Of a stretch of 64,000 nt of DNA, positions 39,971 through 53,530 are shown piece after piece. The notes under the pieces were generated by a model that saw only the letters and a list, made by a program, of their open reading frames with translations, made no database searches and was not told the origin of the DNA. A program made the translations under genes and the position numbers. This DNA comes from Octopus sinensis (taxonomy: Eukaryota): positions 24,304,001 to 24,368,000 of the forward strand of contig NC_043002.1 in the NCBI RefSeq assembly GCF_006345805.1, in the 5' to 3' direction. How positions within the stretch are numbered: position 1 is the first letter of the stretch; every line of letters starts with the position of its first letter.

Positions 39971-41559
39971 GAAATTCCATCCAAGGATTATTATTATTAT
40001 ATATATATATACACACACACAAACAATAGACATAGGCATGGCTGTGTGAGAAGTTTGCTTTCCAACCACTTGATCTCCGGTTCAGCTCCATTAAGAGTAA
40101 CCTTGGGTAAGTGTATACTACTATAGTCCCAGTTGACTAAAGCCTTGTGAGTGAGTTTGGTAGATGGAAACTGAAATTCTATGTTTATAATGTGTGTGTG
40201 TGTGTGTGTGTGTGTGTGACTGTCATCTTGTCTTGACTTTGTGTGATAGTTGCGAATGAATGTCACTATTATGCACAAGGTGTCCTTCATTTGGTATGGT
40301 AATTATTACCTTATTTACAAACAGGTGAAGGTTGGCAACAAGAAGAGCATCCAGCTGTAAAAAATCCATTTCAACAAGTTCCATCCAACCCATGTGAGCA
40401 TGGAAAAGGGGATATTAAAATGATGATGATGATACAGTATATTCGTCATTTCCATTCTATGATCTGCTATATAATAGTCCAGCCTTTGATAGTTCCTGTA
40501 GTATATCAGTATTCAACAAGAGGAGATAGCTAGTGTTTCACTTACCCTCTCTCTATTTCCGGAGAAATATATGCTGTGAGTGGTCTCCCGCAACCCTTGG
40601 CATGGTACAACATAGCTGGTACTGTTGAGAGAGAGTGTTCTTGATACATTAATTACCAACTGGCTTCCGTACCCATGGCACGTACAAGCGCACCATTCGA
40701 GTGTGATCGTTACCAATGTCGCTTCACTGGCACCTGTAAAAAGATTCGAGCGAGGTCATTGCCAGTACCTCCTGACTGGCCCCTGTGCCGGTGGCACATA
40801 AAAAGCACCCACTACACTCTCAGAGTGGTTGGCGTTAGGAAGGGCATCCAGCTGTAGAAACTCTGCCAGATCAAGATTGGAGCCTGGTGCAGCCATCTGG
40901 CTCGCCAGCCCTCAGTCAAAATCGTCCAACCCATGCTAACATGGAAGGCGGATGTTAAACGATGATGATGATGAAATACAAAGTTAGGTTTGTTGGATTT
41001 TGAACTCTGAGCAGAGATAGAACATCCCAAGTTATTCAATCCAACACCAATGATTCTGCCAAAATCACTACCTTACATACATATATATATAAGATACTCA
41101 CATGTCAGGTGTACTACTATAAGCAAAGCCGTATATTGTTGTCCTCAGAACTCTGAAAGGCATTTGAGAGAACCAGCCAAATACTGGGGTTGATGATATA
41201 GGCTAATCCCTTCCCCAAAAAACTGTTAGCCTTGTATCTAATTAAGAAACTGTCGGTCTTGTACCAACTTAGCATATTTAAATAAATCATTGAGCTTATT
41301 TACTTAGTACATAAAATAATGTAGGGAAAATCAAATCTAATTGTAAGAGCTGACTTAAGTTATGATGACCCATCTAACCTATATCAACATGGAAAGTGGA
41401 TGTAAAATAACTTGTTGAATGATAGGTAAGCTCTAAGCATGTCAATTCTATGATGATTATGTTGGTATTTAACCCCAGGTCAGCCCTGATCCAGTAAAAC
41501 TATCATCAAAAGCATTTCAAGGAATACATCTGGAGTATACTTTCATGTTTAAGACAATA

Positions 41560-42040
41560 CAGTAATCCCTCAACTATTGTGGGTGTTATGCTTCAAAAAC
41601 TCTCGTAATAATCTGTGAAGTAGAAACAGTACTGTACTTTATATATTTTTTATCATTTTTATAATTTGTATATATTTATTTTAACATAAATGCAACACAA
41701 TACCACACTCGCCTCCCAAGTTTTGTTTTCCATACCGTATGTATGATTCTTTGTTTACTCATCTACAGTACACTATGTATTTTCTTTTAATATATTTAAA
41801 GTAATGTGTTATACAGTGCAGTACTGTACTCTATTTTTATGTATTATTAATTTTTAGGCATGAAAATGCTTATTTTACTACAGAAATAATTAAAATCTAA
41901 AAAAATATAAATACCAATCAGTCGCAGAAACCCATGATATACTGAGGCGTTCGTGATATAAATTTACATATATTAGCCAGAAAAATCCGCAATGTAATGA
42001 GGGCGGAATAGGTGAACCGCAATATGGCAAGTGATTACTC
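41560..42040. mobile_element. pogo/Tigger-like MITE, uninterrupted copy
   Basis: TA|CAGTAATCCCTC ... GTGATTACTC|TA; colinear with 6728-7454. Confidence 0.82.
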
Positions 42041-45000
42041 TATAAGGTGATTTGAATCAGATTTGGCTACTATTTCTAGCAATCATGTAGAGATGTACAC
42101 ATCAGTTTAAAGTCAATGATATGGTTCCAATTCTTGTCTGAAACTGAGGAATTCATTTATGATTACTAATGACCTTGAGAAATGAATATTGAAACTTTAT
42201 ATTTCTCATCTAAAAATGTCGCTTTGTGTGCCTCTGGAAAAAAAAACTCTCTATGTCAAATCTTCCTCACATTGCACTACCTTGTCTTTGAAAGAGAAAG
42301 GTCACAGTTGATAAGGATATGGCTTGAATGCTGTTGACCAAGAAAACTATTAGCAGAATACTGTGATCTTACTAAAATCACTTATGTCATTGATGGAGAG
42401 ACATGGGTATTAAAATTTCTGTCTTGCTTAAATTTGATAATGCAATCTCAATTACTCAATCAGTCAGATAGTCACACTCAACTTATTTCTGAACCAACAA
42501 TTGAGACTACAGTCACTCAGCTTGCAAGAAATAGCAGTCAAATATTGCTCATGCCATATTCTATTGTCTTTCAATGTGAAATAATAGTTTTAAAAATTCA
42601 GTTTCTTCAAGCCATCCCCCAGAACTAGAATTCAAATTTTTAAAAATTTTATTCATTTAACAACAAAAAGTATTATGCAATATAAACAAAGAACTAAAAC
42701 AACAGGAAAAAATACAAATCTTTTAGACTTTTTTTTATTAATTTCTGTAAATCCAGGAAAAACTTTTGATGTTGAAAGCACATGATTATTTTACTTAATG
42801 GTTGGTCTGGGTCTGCTCATTGTGGTTTAGCCCTAAGTCAGTCGTGATACACTGGAGACAAATGGAGCAGAACAGAGCTCTATTGTATGAGATGAAACGG
42901 CATTAAATGTGATAGTTTTATCATCAGGCAATATACTTATGGAGGGGTCATGTTGAGTAGTGGAGGACAGGAAGATTCAGCACAATGGAAACATTACTGT
43001 TGAAGTACACACTGTGATTGGAAAACTGTTTTGATTATTGCTAAACTGTAGATCAGTCTTGATCCAGCTATAAACATCTTGTCTTTTCCCAAGTATAGTG
43101 TATCTATGACTACATTATCCAATATCTTTTTAAAGACAATATAGTAAGATTTGACTGCTATTTCTAGCATGTTATATGACTTGCTGCAATTGTAATGTGT
43201 GTGTGCATATTTATGTCTACTTGTCTATTAACTTCTTTTACATTCATTTTTCCATGTGGGCTTCAGTTGGATGGAGGCTTATTGAAGCAGTGCTTTGTGG
43301 TTGGACATCCTTTCTGTTGCCACCCTTACACTGCTTTTCAAGAAAGTGACTTTATTTTCCACTGATTCTTGACATATTGTTTACAAGGAATGCAAAGATG
43401 ACATCATTGTTGCTCAGATTGTCATGCAAAGATGCAGTATATAAAAATTCATGCACACACAACAGGCTTCTATACAGTTTCCAAGTACCAGTTTTACTCT
43501 TGTGAGCATTTAGTTGAAGCCATATAAGGCACTTCCTCAAGGTATCATACAGTGGCATAGAACCCCAAACCACATAGACACACCTATATCTATGTATATT
43601 CATGTATTTATGAATCTGTGTTTGTGTTCATGTATGTCATTTTTTTACATATACATGGTGTGGTGGTGTTGTCCTCATTTTGACCCCAAGCTGGACCAGA
43701 CAGAGCAAACTTGTGATCAAAAGCATTCCTGATATGACCATTCCATCTATTTTTTTCTATTTACAAGCACTACACATACACACATCTAATACTACATACA
43801 TTATCCAATGTATTAAATATCTTCTTAAAGTTGGTATGATGTGATTTAATGGTCATTAGGCTGTTGTTTCTTGTAGTCCAAATGACCATAGTGGTTTCCT
43901 TGCTAGTTCAAGTGTTTTATGTAAGTACGATGTATGTGCATATAACTGACAATTTTAACTAGGTAGAAGTCCCAGCCTCAGTTATTGGAAGTGAAAGGGT
44001 GAAATTAGTTGTAAGCATTGACACTTTTTCAAAAATATGTAAAAAAAAAACAGCAGTGTATATAAAAGAAACCTCATCTGATGTATATAACATACTAAAA
44101 ACCATAAATGTATTGCTATGTTTGTGCGTGTGTGTGTATGAGCTATTGGCATGTCTAGTAGGATGTACCTGTAGGTGTAGACCGCATCTCTTTGCAGAGT
44201 GTGTGTGAGTTTGGCCAAACAACTGAAATTTGTATCACCAATGATTTCTGCAGTGTGTATGTGTGCAGCATGTTTAGTATGTGCATATGTATACAGCATA
44301 TTGTACAGTGTGTGTGTATCAAAATAAGGACAATGTGTCCAAAATAAATTTTTTTCTAAATATTCAGAGTTGTCTTCTTATTGTGACAGGAAGGAGAGAG
44401 AGGAGTATCTGTCAGGTTTGTTCTGCACCTGACATCTTTAAACCCATGTTTAATAGTAATCACTACTCCATAACCATCATCAATGTTATACCACCACCAT
44501 CCCTATTTCACTCTACTAGCATTTTTACACCTACATTACCAAGTGGCTACTATCAAACTAAACAACACACATTATTGTTTAGTGAGGAAAAAGAGTAGTG
44601 CTTATGCCCCTTTACAAAGCTGGTGAGACTCAAAGGAGGGAGTTATTCTTACACAGGGGACCTGCCCCAAATAGAGAGGGCTTGACTAAAAGAACCTAAT
44701 GGCCAGGTAGGGATGCTAAATCAAATGATGGATAAAATCTACTTACTATTTTAAATGATTCATTATACCAAATCCAGCTGTAGAAACACTGCCAGATCAG
44801 ACTGGAGCCTGGTGCAGCCTCCTGGCTTCCCAGACCCTAGTCGAACCGTCCAACCCATGCTAGCATGGAAAACAGACGTTAAACGATGATGATGAAAGAT
44901 GCTCCTGTGACTGTTCCATCATCTTGCATATCCATGTACATATTATCCAATGCATTTTATAAAATGGTACAAAGCGAGTTGATGGGAATTTGGTAACTTT

Positions 45001-46209
45001 TTCAAGCAGGTGAAACAACACCAAAGACACTTCCTCATTGGATCAAATCCAATTTTGGTGAAGAAACATGTTCACTTGACTGACAGTCTGCACAGCTGTT
45101 GGATTATTTGGGGAGATAATCAGTATCACTGTCTCTGCTAATGGGTGATAGTCTGTATCTCTCCCCTTTGGAGGAGCTAGACATTATGGCACTAAATGAT
45201 GTTTCTTATGATCCCTAATAATCCACCTAATTTAAAACTACTCATTTTATTTGTTTCAGTCTCTGGGTTGTGGCCAAGCTGGGGCACCAACTTGAAGGGT
45301 TTTAGTTGAATAAATTGACCCCAGTACTTATTTTTTTAAAGTCTAGCACTTTTTTTATCAGTCTTTTGTCAAACTTCTAGATTATAGGGACAAACCAATA
45401 CCAGTTGTCTAGGTCAAGTGGTGCCAGAACAAAGGAAAGAGAGAGAGAAAGAAACACACACACACAAAGGGATTCCACACAATTTCTGTCAACCAAATTA
45501 ACTCACAAAGTTTTTGCTAGTCCAGGGCTATAATAGAAGACACCTGCAGTGGGCCTGAACCTGAAATCATATGGTTGTAAAGCGAGCTTCTTAACCACAC
45601 AACCATGCCTGCAGCTATATATATATTAAAGTTTATTTTTCCTACAGATATCAAGACAATGTATTGTCATTAGAGCATCAGCCAGAATGCCTGGTGGTAT
45701 TTGTTCCAACTTGGCACATTCTGAACTCAACTTTGCATTTCATCCTTTCAGACTCATAGTTCTAATCCAGAACAACAGATTAGTAGAACCGTAAGAACAT
45801 TGGGCTCCAGCTGTTTGTTTTAATATCAAATCCTACTATGGCTTACTTGTGTCATAGACTAAAAGTACCACCTGACACCGTGAGTATCTTTAGTGGAGTC
45901 CACTGTTGCAAATATTCAGGTGAGGAGACCTCTCTACCCTACCAACCTCAGTGGTATTGTAAAAGGGTCAAGAGCACTACCTTAACTTCTGCCTAGAAAA
46001 TAAATAAATAAAAATGCTGTTATAGGGATATCAAGGTGCTCATCTTTGTTGTAGTTCTGCTTTTTGTTTCTATCAAATCAGAAATTGCCATTGTTATTCA
46101 AGATGTTTTCCCCCTCCCACTGTTCCATGTTCACTCTTCATTGCTTCTGTGTTGGTGGTTAATAGGGTCAACAGCTGTAACATATAAACTGTCTAATGTA
46201 TTGTTAGAA

Positions 46210-47700
46210 CTAGCAAATGCACCTGTCCTTTGGACAGTTTAAGTTGCTTTCGTGGTATTTTTTTCACCAAATGATTGAACTACAGAAAAGGTTTATGTGT
46301 AGCATGGCAATCTGTTTCCGATTAACCTAGGAACAGAAAATCAAATTGAAGGCTGGTTATTGTGGAGGTTGTTGCACTTTGATTATCATAGAACATATAA
46401 GTTTGCAAGCGATGTAAAGTAGAGCTACTGAAGTGTTTTGGGAGTAGATTATGGATGATGACTACAAAATATAGTTGTTTAACATAAAAGCGAAATTTCT
46501 TGGTGTACGGAAATTGAAGGAAGATGTTGAAACTTCCCCTTTGTGAGTATCTTTTTCAACAGCAAAGGGAGCTATTTTTTTCGGAGAGAAAAGCTAACAA
46601 AAGCCCCTTTATTCTATCTTTCCACATAGCGTGCACATAAACAGCGAATGCTGTATAAAGTTAAATTGGTATGGAGCTTCCTGAAAGATACGTATAGCTT
46701 TCATGAGTGGAAGCAAAACTTTTATTTAAAGGTTGATTCTTTGGGACAAATCATATGTGAGTGTTTAAAAAAGGCTAGAATGACAATGCTAAAACCTATT
46801 TGAAACAATAGACAGCAGTCCAAATATCATAATGGCTGGGTAAAGAAGCATCCTTAAAGTGAAACAACGGTATCAACAATCAGAAGAGAGGGAAGGGAAC
46901 ATCACCTTTCAAGTAACTCAGAATAGGCAAAGGTAAGCTTACCAAAGTTTAATGCAGTTTCAATATGTAGATTAAGATAGTTTGGTATTGGATATTCATC
47001 AAGTATAGTTTTCCTAGTCAACCAAATCACCGTCGTAAGTGGACAGCAGAAATAAATAGAAGAAATCCTTTCAATTTTATAAAAAGATTAAAAAAGAAAA
47101 TGAGGGCAAAAAGCAATGAAAATCAATTCCTTGTAGCCGGAATTTCGCGACAAAATGTATGTTTATTAAGCACAACAGCCTGCAGTGCATGCCGCTGGGC
47201 ATTAAAAACCAATTGCACAAACCTAGAGAGGCTCTGGGCCCCCTTGAATTGATAAAAAGTCACTCTTTTTGCCATAGCAACCACATCTTTATAGCTTGTG
47301 AATTTTAACCATTGCGGGTCTCATCTTCACCCCACATTTAGTATCCCTGCCAATTTTCAGCTCGACCCTAGCCTCGGTTTGGCCACCATTAACCGTCAAA
47401 ACAAAATATGCATACAATTTTCATCCAAGGACAGTTTTATAGATATAGATTAAGCATTTTATTGTTATTGCCCCTTCATCATATTTCGAAAAGTCCCCTT
47501 GAATCAATAAAAAATCACTCTTTTTGCCATAGCAACCACATCTTTATAGCTTGTGAATTTTAATCATCGCAGGTCTCATCCTCACCACGCATTTAATATC
47601 CCTGCCAATTTTCAGCTTGATCCTAGCCTCGGTTTGGCTGCCATTAACCATCAAAGTAAAATGTGCATTCAATTTTCGTCCAAGGACTTATAGATATAGA
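46210..47700 (-). mobile_element. Non-autonomous Helitron with duplicated 5' end
   Basis: Minus strand A|TCTATATCTATA start (47700), hairpin CTGTCC-AAA-GGACAG (46223-46237), then CTAG|T end (46210); AT target, no TSD. Confidence 0.8.
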
Positions 47701-50264
47701 TTACTGTGCCTGGTTGCTGTACTGCTCACATATCAGCAAAGTGCATACATACATTTTAGATTTTATTATCAATAAGCATTGCATTGAGTAGCAAACATTC
47801 TCTTTGCATTCTCTTACATTCTATGTAAACAACCTTCAGGAAGCTTGTACATCTAAAAATAACAGCCAAATTTCCTCCATATCAGCTTAAAGAGAAAAAA
47901 AGATACACTGGACAATGCAGTCTCTAATATACAAAAAAACAGGATGGTCATAATCATTAGTTTTTTCAATCATGACTGTATTGGAAATAAACAACAACTT
48001 ATGGACATTAGAGCACAGACATGCTGTGTCCCCATCTCCTCTTTTCTAAAATTATTATTGCTTCTCTAAACCATTAAACTGCGTTACCTGTATTACAAAA
48101 CCAACTTAATGCACTAATCTCTCCTCCTCCTCCTCCTCTCACCATGTATGAGAAATTCTTTCACCAATCCTTTCCTGCTATAACTGTAACCCTCTGGAAC
48201 TCCCTCTGATCTAAACTTTCTCTACATACATCAATCTAGATAAATTCAACTCAAACATACTGACCTCACCATTCTACAAAGATCAGCGGAATGCTAGAAG
48301 CACTGCACTTTTATATTACAATATATAAAACTATGCACATCTAAGGACACACAAACTACGATAGGAAAAATGTTAATCTTTGGTAGTTTCAGTTAAAGTA
48401 AAGAAATGGTAGAAGAAGGGTGTCCAATAGCCATGGATACAAAGGAGCAAAAACTGATGATTGGAGGTGGGGCTGGTAGAAATTTAGAGACAGACAAAAA
48501 GTAAACAAAAAGCAAAAGAAACAGTTGAGAAGGTGATTCACTAAAGTTTATTTTATTTTGACAAAACCAGAAGTCTTTGTTATTGTTGTTGATGTACATA
48601 AAAATGAACTTCACACAGCCAGAAAAAAAAAATACTACTGATGTTGATGTTGCTGTCACTGGTGAGGGAAAAGGAACAGCAAAGAGAAAGATTACAAAGC
48701 AGGGTTAATAATAATAATAATGATTATTTCTAACATTAGCACAAGGCCACAAACTTTGATGGGGGGGATATAGTCAATTCTATCAATCCCCCCAGTATTT
48801 GATCAGTATTTTATTTCATTGACCTGAGTAGGATTTGAACTCAGAATGTAAAGAAAAGTAATTAAATGCTGTCCAGTACTCTATGGATTCTGCCATCTAC
48901 TGCCCAATTTCTAACTTCGGCACAAGGCCACATATTTGGTGGGGAGAGGAGAGATATGGTTGATTATATCAACCCCAGTATTCAACTGGTACTTATTTTA
49001 TCAACCTTGGAAGAATGAAAAGCAAATTTCACCTCATAACTAAATATACCAAGGCATTTGTCCACAGTTCTACCAATTCTGCCATCCATCATTTTTAGTA
49101 ATAATAATAATGGCTTCAAATTTTGGCACAGGGCTAGCAATTTTAGGAGTAAGCCAATTACGTCGACCCCAGTACTTGATTGGTACTTTATTTATCAACC
49201 CTGAAAGGATAAAAGGCAAACTTGACCATGGCAAGATTTGAACTCAGAATGTAAAAATCCGAAAGAAATGCTGCTAAGCATTTTGTCCGGTGCACTAACA
49301 ATTCTGCCAGCTCACAGCCTTAGTTGCAATAATAATAATACTAATAACCACTTGGATACACACCTTAGAAGTGGGGAGAGATGGGTCTTAGCTTCTTTAC
49401 AAGATCTCAGTGACCCTTAAATGAAGAAAAAGCTCAGGAGAGTCATATGTGTTACAGAGAGAACTCCTGCATGATACACACACAAACACATACAGTTGAC
49501 AATAGGTAACGGATAATAATAATGATAATAATAATAATAATGTAAATGAGATGAGAGCTGAGTTAATAACTGGGGACATTAACAAGGTAGATGTGGTAGG
49601 GTGGGGTAATTCTGATGCTGCACAGGGTAAATACAAAGACAATGAAATGATAGGAACAGGGTTCAAGTGGCAGGTGAGGCTAGGGCTTAACATGTAATGA
49701 TCCCTGAGTAAAGGTTATATAAAATACATTCTGAAGGCGAGTCAAAGTGAATGAGTGAAGTAGAGGGGGAATAAAGATGAAAATGGAGATGAGAGTAGAG
49801 GTTGGGATGTAGGTGATAAAATTTAGAGAGAGTGAGGTTGATTTGCAAGTAAACCTTGGTCAAACTTTTGGTAGAGTTGGTAGCAAATGAAATATCTAGT
49901 AGTGACCCAAAGAACATGTAATCCTAGACACAGTTTACAGATTAGATTGAATGAAGTAACAGTGGATCTCCTCTTGGACTGTAATTCTGGTTTCATGATC
50001 TTAAGTAGATGTGACCTAAATTTTCTTCATGGACAGAGCACCAGTGGGTGATTTGGTACTTATTCTATAAATGGTGAAGTGAACAGAGGTAGAAGTGTAC
50101 TGTATCCAAATATGGATGACTGGGTGTATAGAGTAATGGAGACTATCTAAGGAAGATGGTTGTCCATACCTTATATCACACTCAATGATTAAATTTAATG
50201 TAAGTAAATACCACAGGGAGGTACACCTAACTGTAAGTACTATTTTTAACATGGAATCGTGCTG

Positions 50265-50520
50265 CACACTGACCTCAAATCATGAATATTCTGTGTACAC
50301 CAACCTGGAATCATGTAATATACAAACTAGCCAGACTTAGGATCATACAGTATACACATCAACCTGAAAAATGGTATACACACTGACTTGGGTTCATGAT
50401 GTGTACACAGTAACTTAGGATCATGAGGTGGGCGACTCTGAACTGGGATCATATGGTGTATACTCCACCCTGGGATCACATGGTGTACACACTGACCTGG
50501 GAACATGTGATGTATATATA
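50265..50520. repeat. Degenerate ~27-bp minisatellite (CACACTGACCTGGGATCATATGGTGTA-like)
   Basis: About nine diverged units visible. Confidence 0.7.
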
Positions 50521-50870
50521 TGTATTGAAGGATGGAGTAAAGTGAAACAGTTCCAAACATGGATTGAACCTGTATCACAGACTCACTTCACCAAGTGTTA
50601 ACTAATTGTTATGGTGCTCACCGAAGAAGAAAGCATTTTCATTATGTTGTTGGGAAAGGATTGACCTATGAAGTGAAATATGAAAAGGTTAGTATGGGAA
50701 AGACTTCACTAATGGATATGACAGCAGCAGCTGTGACAGTTTAATATAGAAAGAACACTAATGGACACAGATTGACAGAGACAGACAGACATACACACAT
50801 ACACACATACAAACATAGACATATACACACACAGTAGCAGTGTTGAGTGTTTTTCACCAGTTTATTTCAC

Positions 50871-50956
50871 TCAACTGGAACTACCAGACTCCCTTCGGTG
50901 ACGTTTCACAGCAGGAGCAGCATCTGTCTCTGGTTCCAGGATAGGCGGTTCAGAAT
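50871..50956 (-). CDS. Unidentified gene, last coding exon (DSEPPILEPETDAAPAVKRHRRESGSSS*), ending in a basic NLS-like PAVKRHRR
   Basis: TTGTTTGTTGTAG acceptor, phase 1, TGA at 50873-50871; the four exons join into 220 open codons plus stop. Confidence 0.75.
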
Positions 50957-52239
50957 CTACAACAAACAACAACAGTGATTTCTTTATTATGATTTAATGA
51001 TTTCTAAGCTTGACACAAAGTCACACCTTTTGAGGGAATGGCACATTAACCCATAGAACTATTTTACTGAGACCCAGAAGGATGAAAGTTAAAGTCAGTC
51101 ACAGCAGGAATTGGACAAAGAATGTAAGCCAAATTCTACAATCTATTGGTTACATGCCCAACCGTCTACCACCCCATCAGTTTTTAAACAACAGCAACAA
51201 CATTAATGAGTATAACTGGCAACTGACATTTACATGGAGGTGGGGTACTCCTGAAGTGATCAAATTATTATAAAATAGTTAGGAAAGGAACACTACTGAA
51301 ATAAAGTGTTAGAAATAGTTATGAAAGCACACATAAAACAATTGCTAACATATGTATTGATATATTTGATGTATAAAATATTAAAAAACTGACTAGAAAT
51401 AAACATAATAGGAAAACAAGAAAAATATTAATCAATGACAATTATTTTTCATTTTTCGAGCAAGCACAAAAGACAACTCTATATATATTTTGGTCTTATT
51501 CCAACCTCTTCAGAGAAGCAATCTTCTTGCAGAAATAATGACAGAAAAATAGAATTATTTTAAAATTACACAATTCTAAGATGCTCTCTGTATTGAATAT
51601 GCCAACATCAACTTACCCATTGTTTTTCATACAAATGGCAGGCATGTCTGAATCATTTGTTCTATTATACTATCCTGTCTTAAAGGGACAAGAATAAACC
51701 CTAATCAACAGCCATCTGTGAAGAAAATGAGTCACTGATACCAACATTTTAGTATCTCAAAACGAAATCATAAAACAAACATTAAACTACAAAATGATGG
51801 CAAGTCAATCCTCCTTCACAGTCTGCAGCCTTAAATATGTAAAAGTAGAACATGGTGGCTGAGAAACATAGGATTGAAGGGCGGCACTGTAAAGTTGGTT
51901 GTCCATTACATTGACACCTGTGTTAAAGCAACAACAGTAAAGGCACTCCAACCTTTATCTAACCTTCATCTACCTACCATTTGTGTCTTCAGCACTGTCT
52001 TTTGGCTGGGAAGTTCTGTCTTCTCCCATCATACTTCTCGCTGTAACAAGAGAAACACCAGGATGAGTACACAGTGTGAACGGTTGTGTTGTGGTGAGAA
52101 CACTATATGCAAGACTGTGAGATGAGGTCAGCACACAGTGTGTAAGGTTGAATGTTAAGGTGAGTACGCAGTGTGAGTTGTGTGTATAAGGCTGTGTCTA
52201 GTTGTAAGTACACTCTGTTTTTGTTTTTCATTGGTTGCA

Positions 52240-53530
52240 TCTAGAGGAAGGGACTGTGCCCACAACCTTCAAAGGCTCTCCAAAGTCAGTGAGATTGAGG
52301 CCGTTAACATTTTGCTCGAACATTTGCAAATCAATGACCGCAAGAAAATAGGCACAGGAAAGGAATTACAGAGAGGGAACTGGGTGTAGTGGTTAGTGCA
52401 AGGAATGAAGAAAGAAGCAAGATGGGAATGACAGGAAGAGAGACGTATGAGTTGGGAGTGCTAGGTAGCATGAGATCAGCCAGTTCTGAGGAGAATTCTC
52501 TGTAGAAGAGACAGATAGGGAAGAGTTTGGGGTTTTGGCAAGCGACATCATGCCAAATCAGAGACATTTCTTAGGATGTAGACTAAGATGTATTTGCGTA
52601 TGTATGTGTGTGTATAATAGTTAACACCATTCCATATATAGGAGCAGTACTTCATTGTGAGTCTCACCTGAGTTTTGTAGAGGGTTTGTAGCTGTTGGGT
52701 TGAAGGCTGAAGTATTTTCTGGATCTGAAAGAAGAAGGCCAGCTTTGTTATGTTGAGATGTGTTTACTAGGAGAAATCATCAGTGATAGTGAGGTAGTAG
52801 CTGTGCAGGTTCTAGTTGAATGTTGTTCATGTTTAGAGGAGTGAATGCAATGATGTTCTTTGCTATGTGCAGTGATTTTATCTTTGTGCTGCTAAAGTAA
52901 AGATGAGCATGATTCATAGATGGGAGTTTTCAGGGAATCTGTTCTGTTTGTGGAGTCAGCACAAATTTGATGTAAGATATCTAGGTTTCATGTGAATGAT
53001 GTTAGGGTGTAATGAAGGGTGGCACCATTTGTGTAGGGGTGGGCATTCTTGAAGTGATGGCAAGTAAGTCATTTTACAAGAGCAAACGTGTAGGGACAAA
53101 ACCAAATCCTGAGACACATCAAAGTTGACAAGTGTAGATTAGAGAGAGCTCTATTAGAGTACACTGTCGATCCAAGTGATACAAAACAGATGGATCCCCA
53201 AAACAAGCAGTTTTGCTCGATTTGCTTGCCATACACAACCAAAAGCTTTACTAATAACATGGCTTTCACTAAACTTCTCAAGGCCAAGAACACATTGGTA
53301 AATAATGCAAAAGAGTAGGTCACTTGTAAAACTGGTTTTTATGAAATTGTACAGGTGGTTATTAAGATTAGGGAGATTCATGGGGTTGGAGAAGGTTGAT
53401 GTTAGTGACTGTCTCCATTGACTTTAAGATACCAAATCGATTGTTGTAGTTGGCAGGATTAGAGAAGTTGCTTTTCTTGGGGAATGAAACAAATTGTAGT
53501 TCATTTCCAAAGATCAGGACATATCTCTTT
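52240..53530 (-). mobile_element. Old, frameshifted LINE (CR1/Jockey-group RT through to the 3' end)
   Basis: Relic translations PKKSNFSNPANY..KSMETV, FTSDLL, SKAFGCVW (cf. SKAFDRVW) and LFYR..SSELADLM..IDLQMF. Confidence 0.7.

Noticed and set aside
49687-50267. Possible decayed Penelope RT (LLDISF...KVY) on the minus strand
   Set aside because: Resemblance too weak to call without a translated search.
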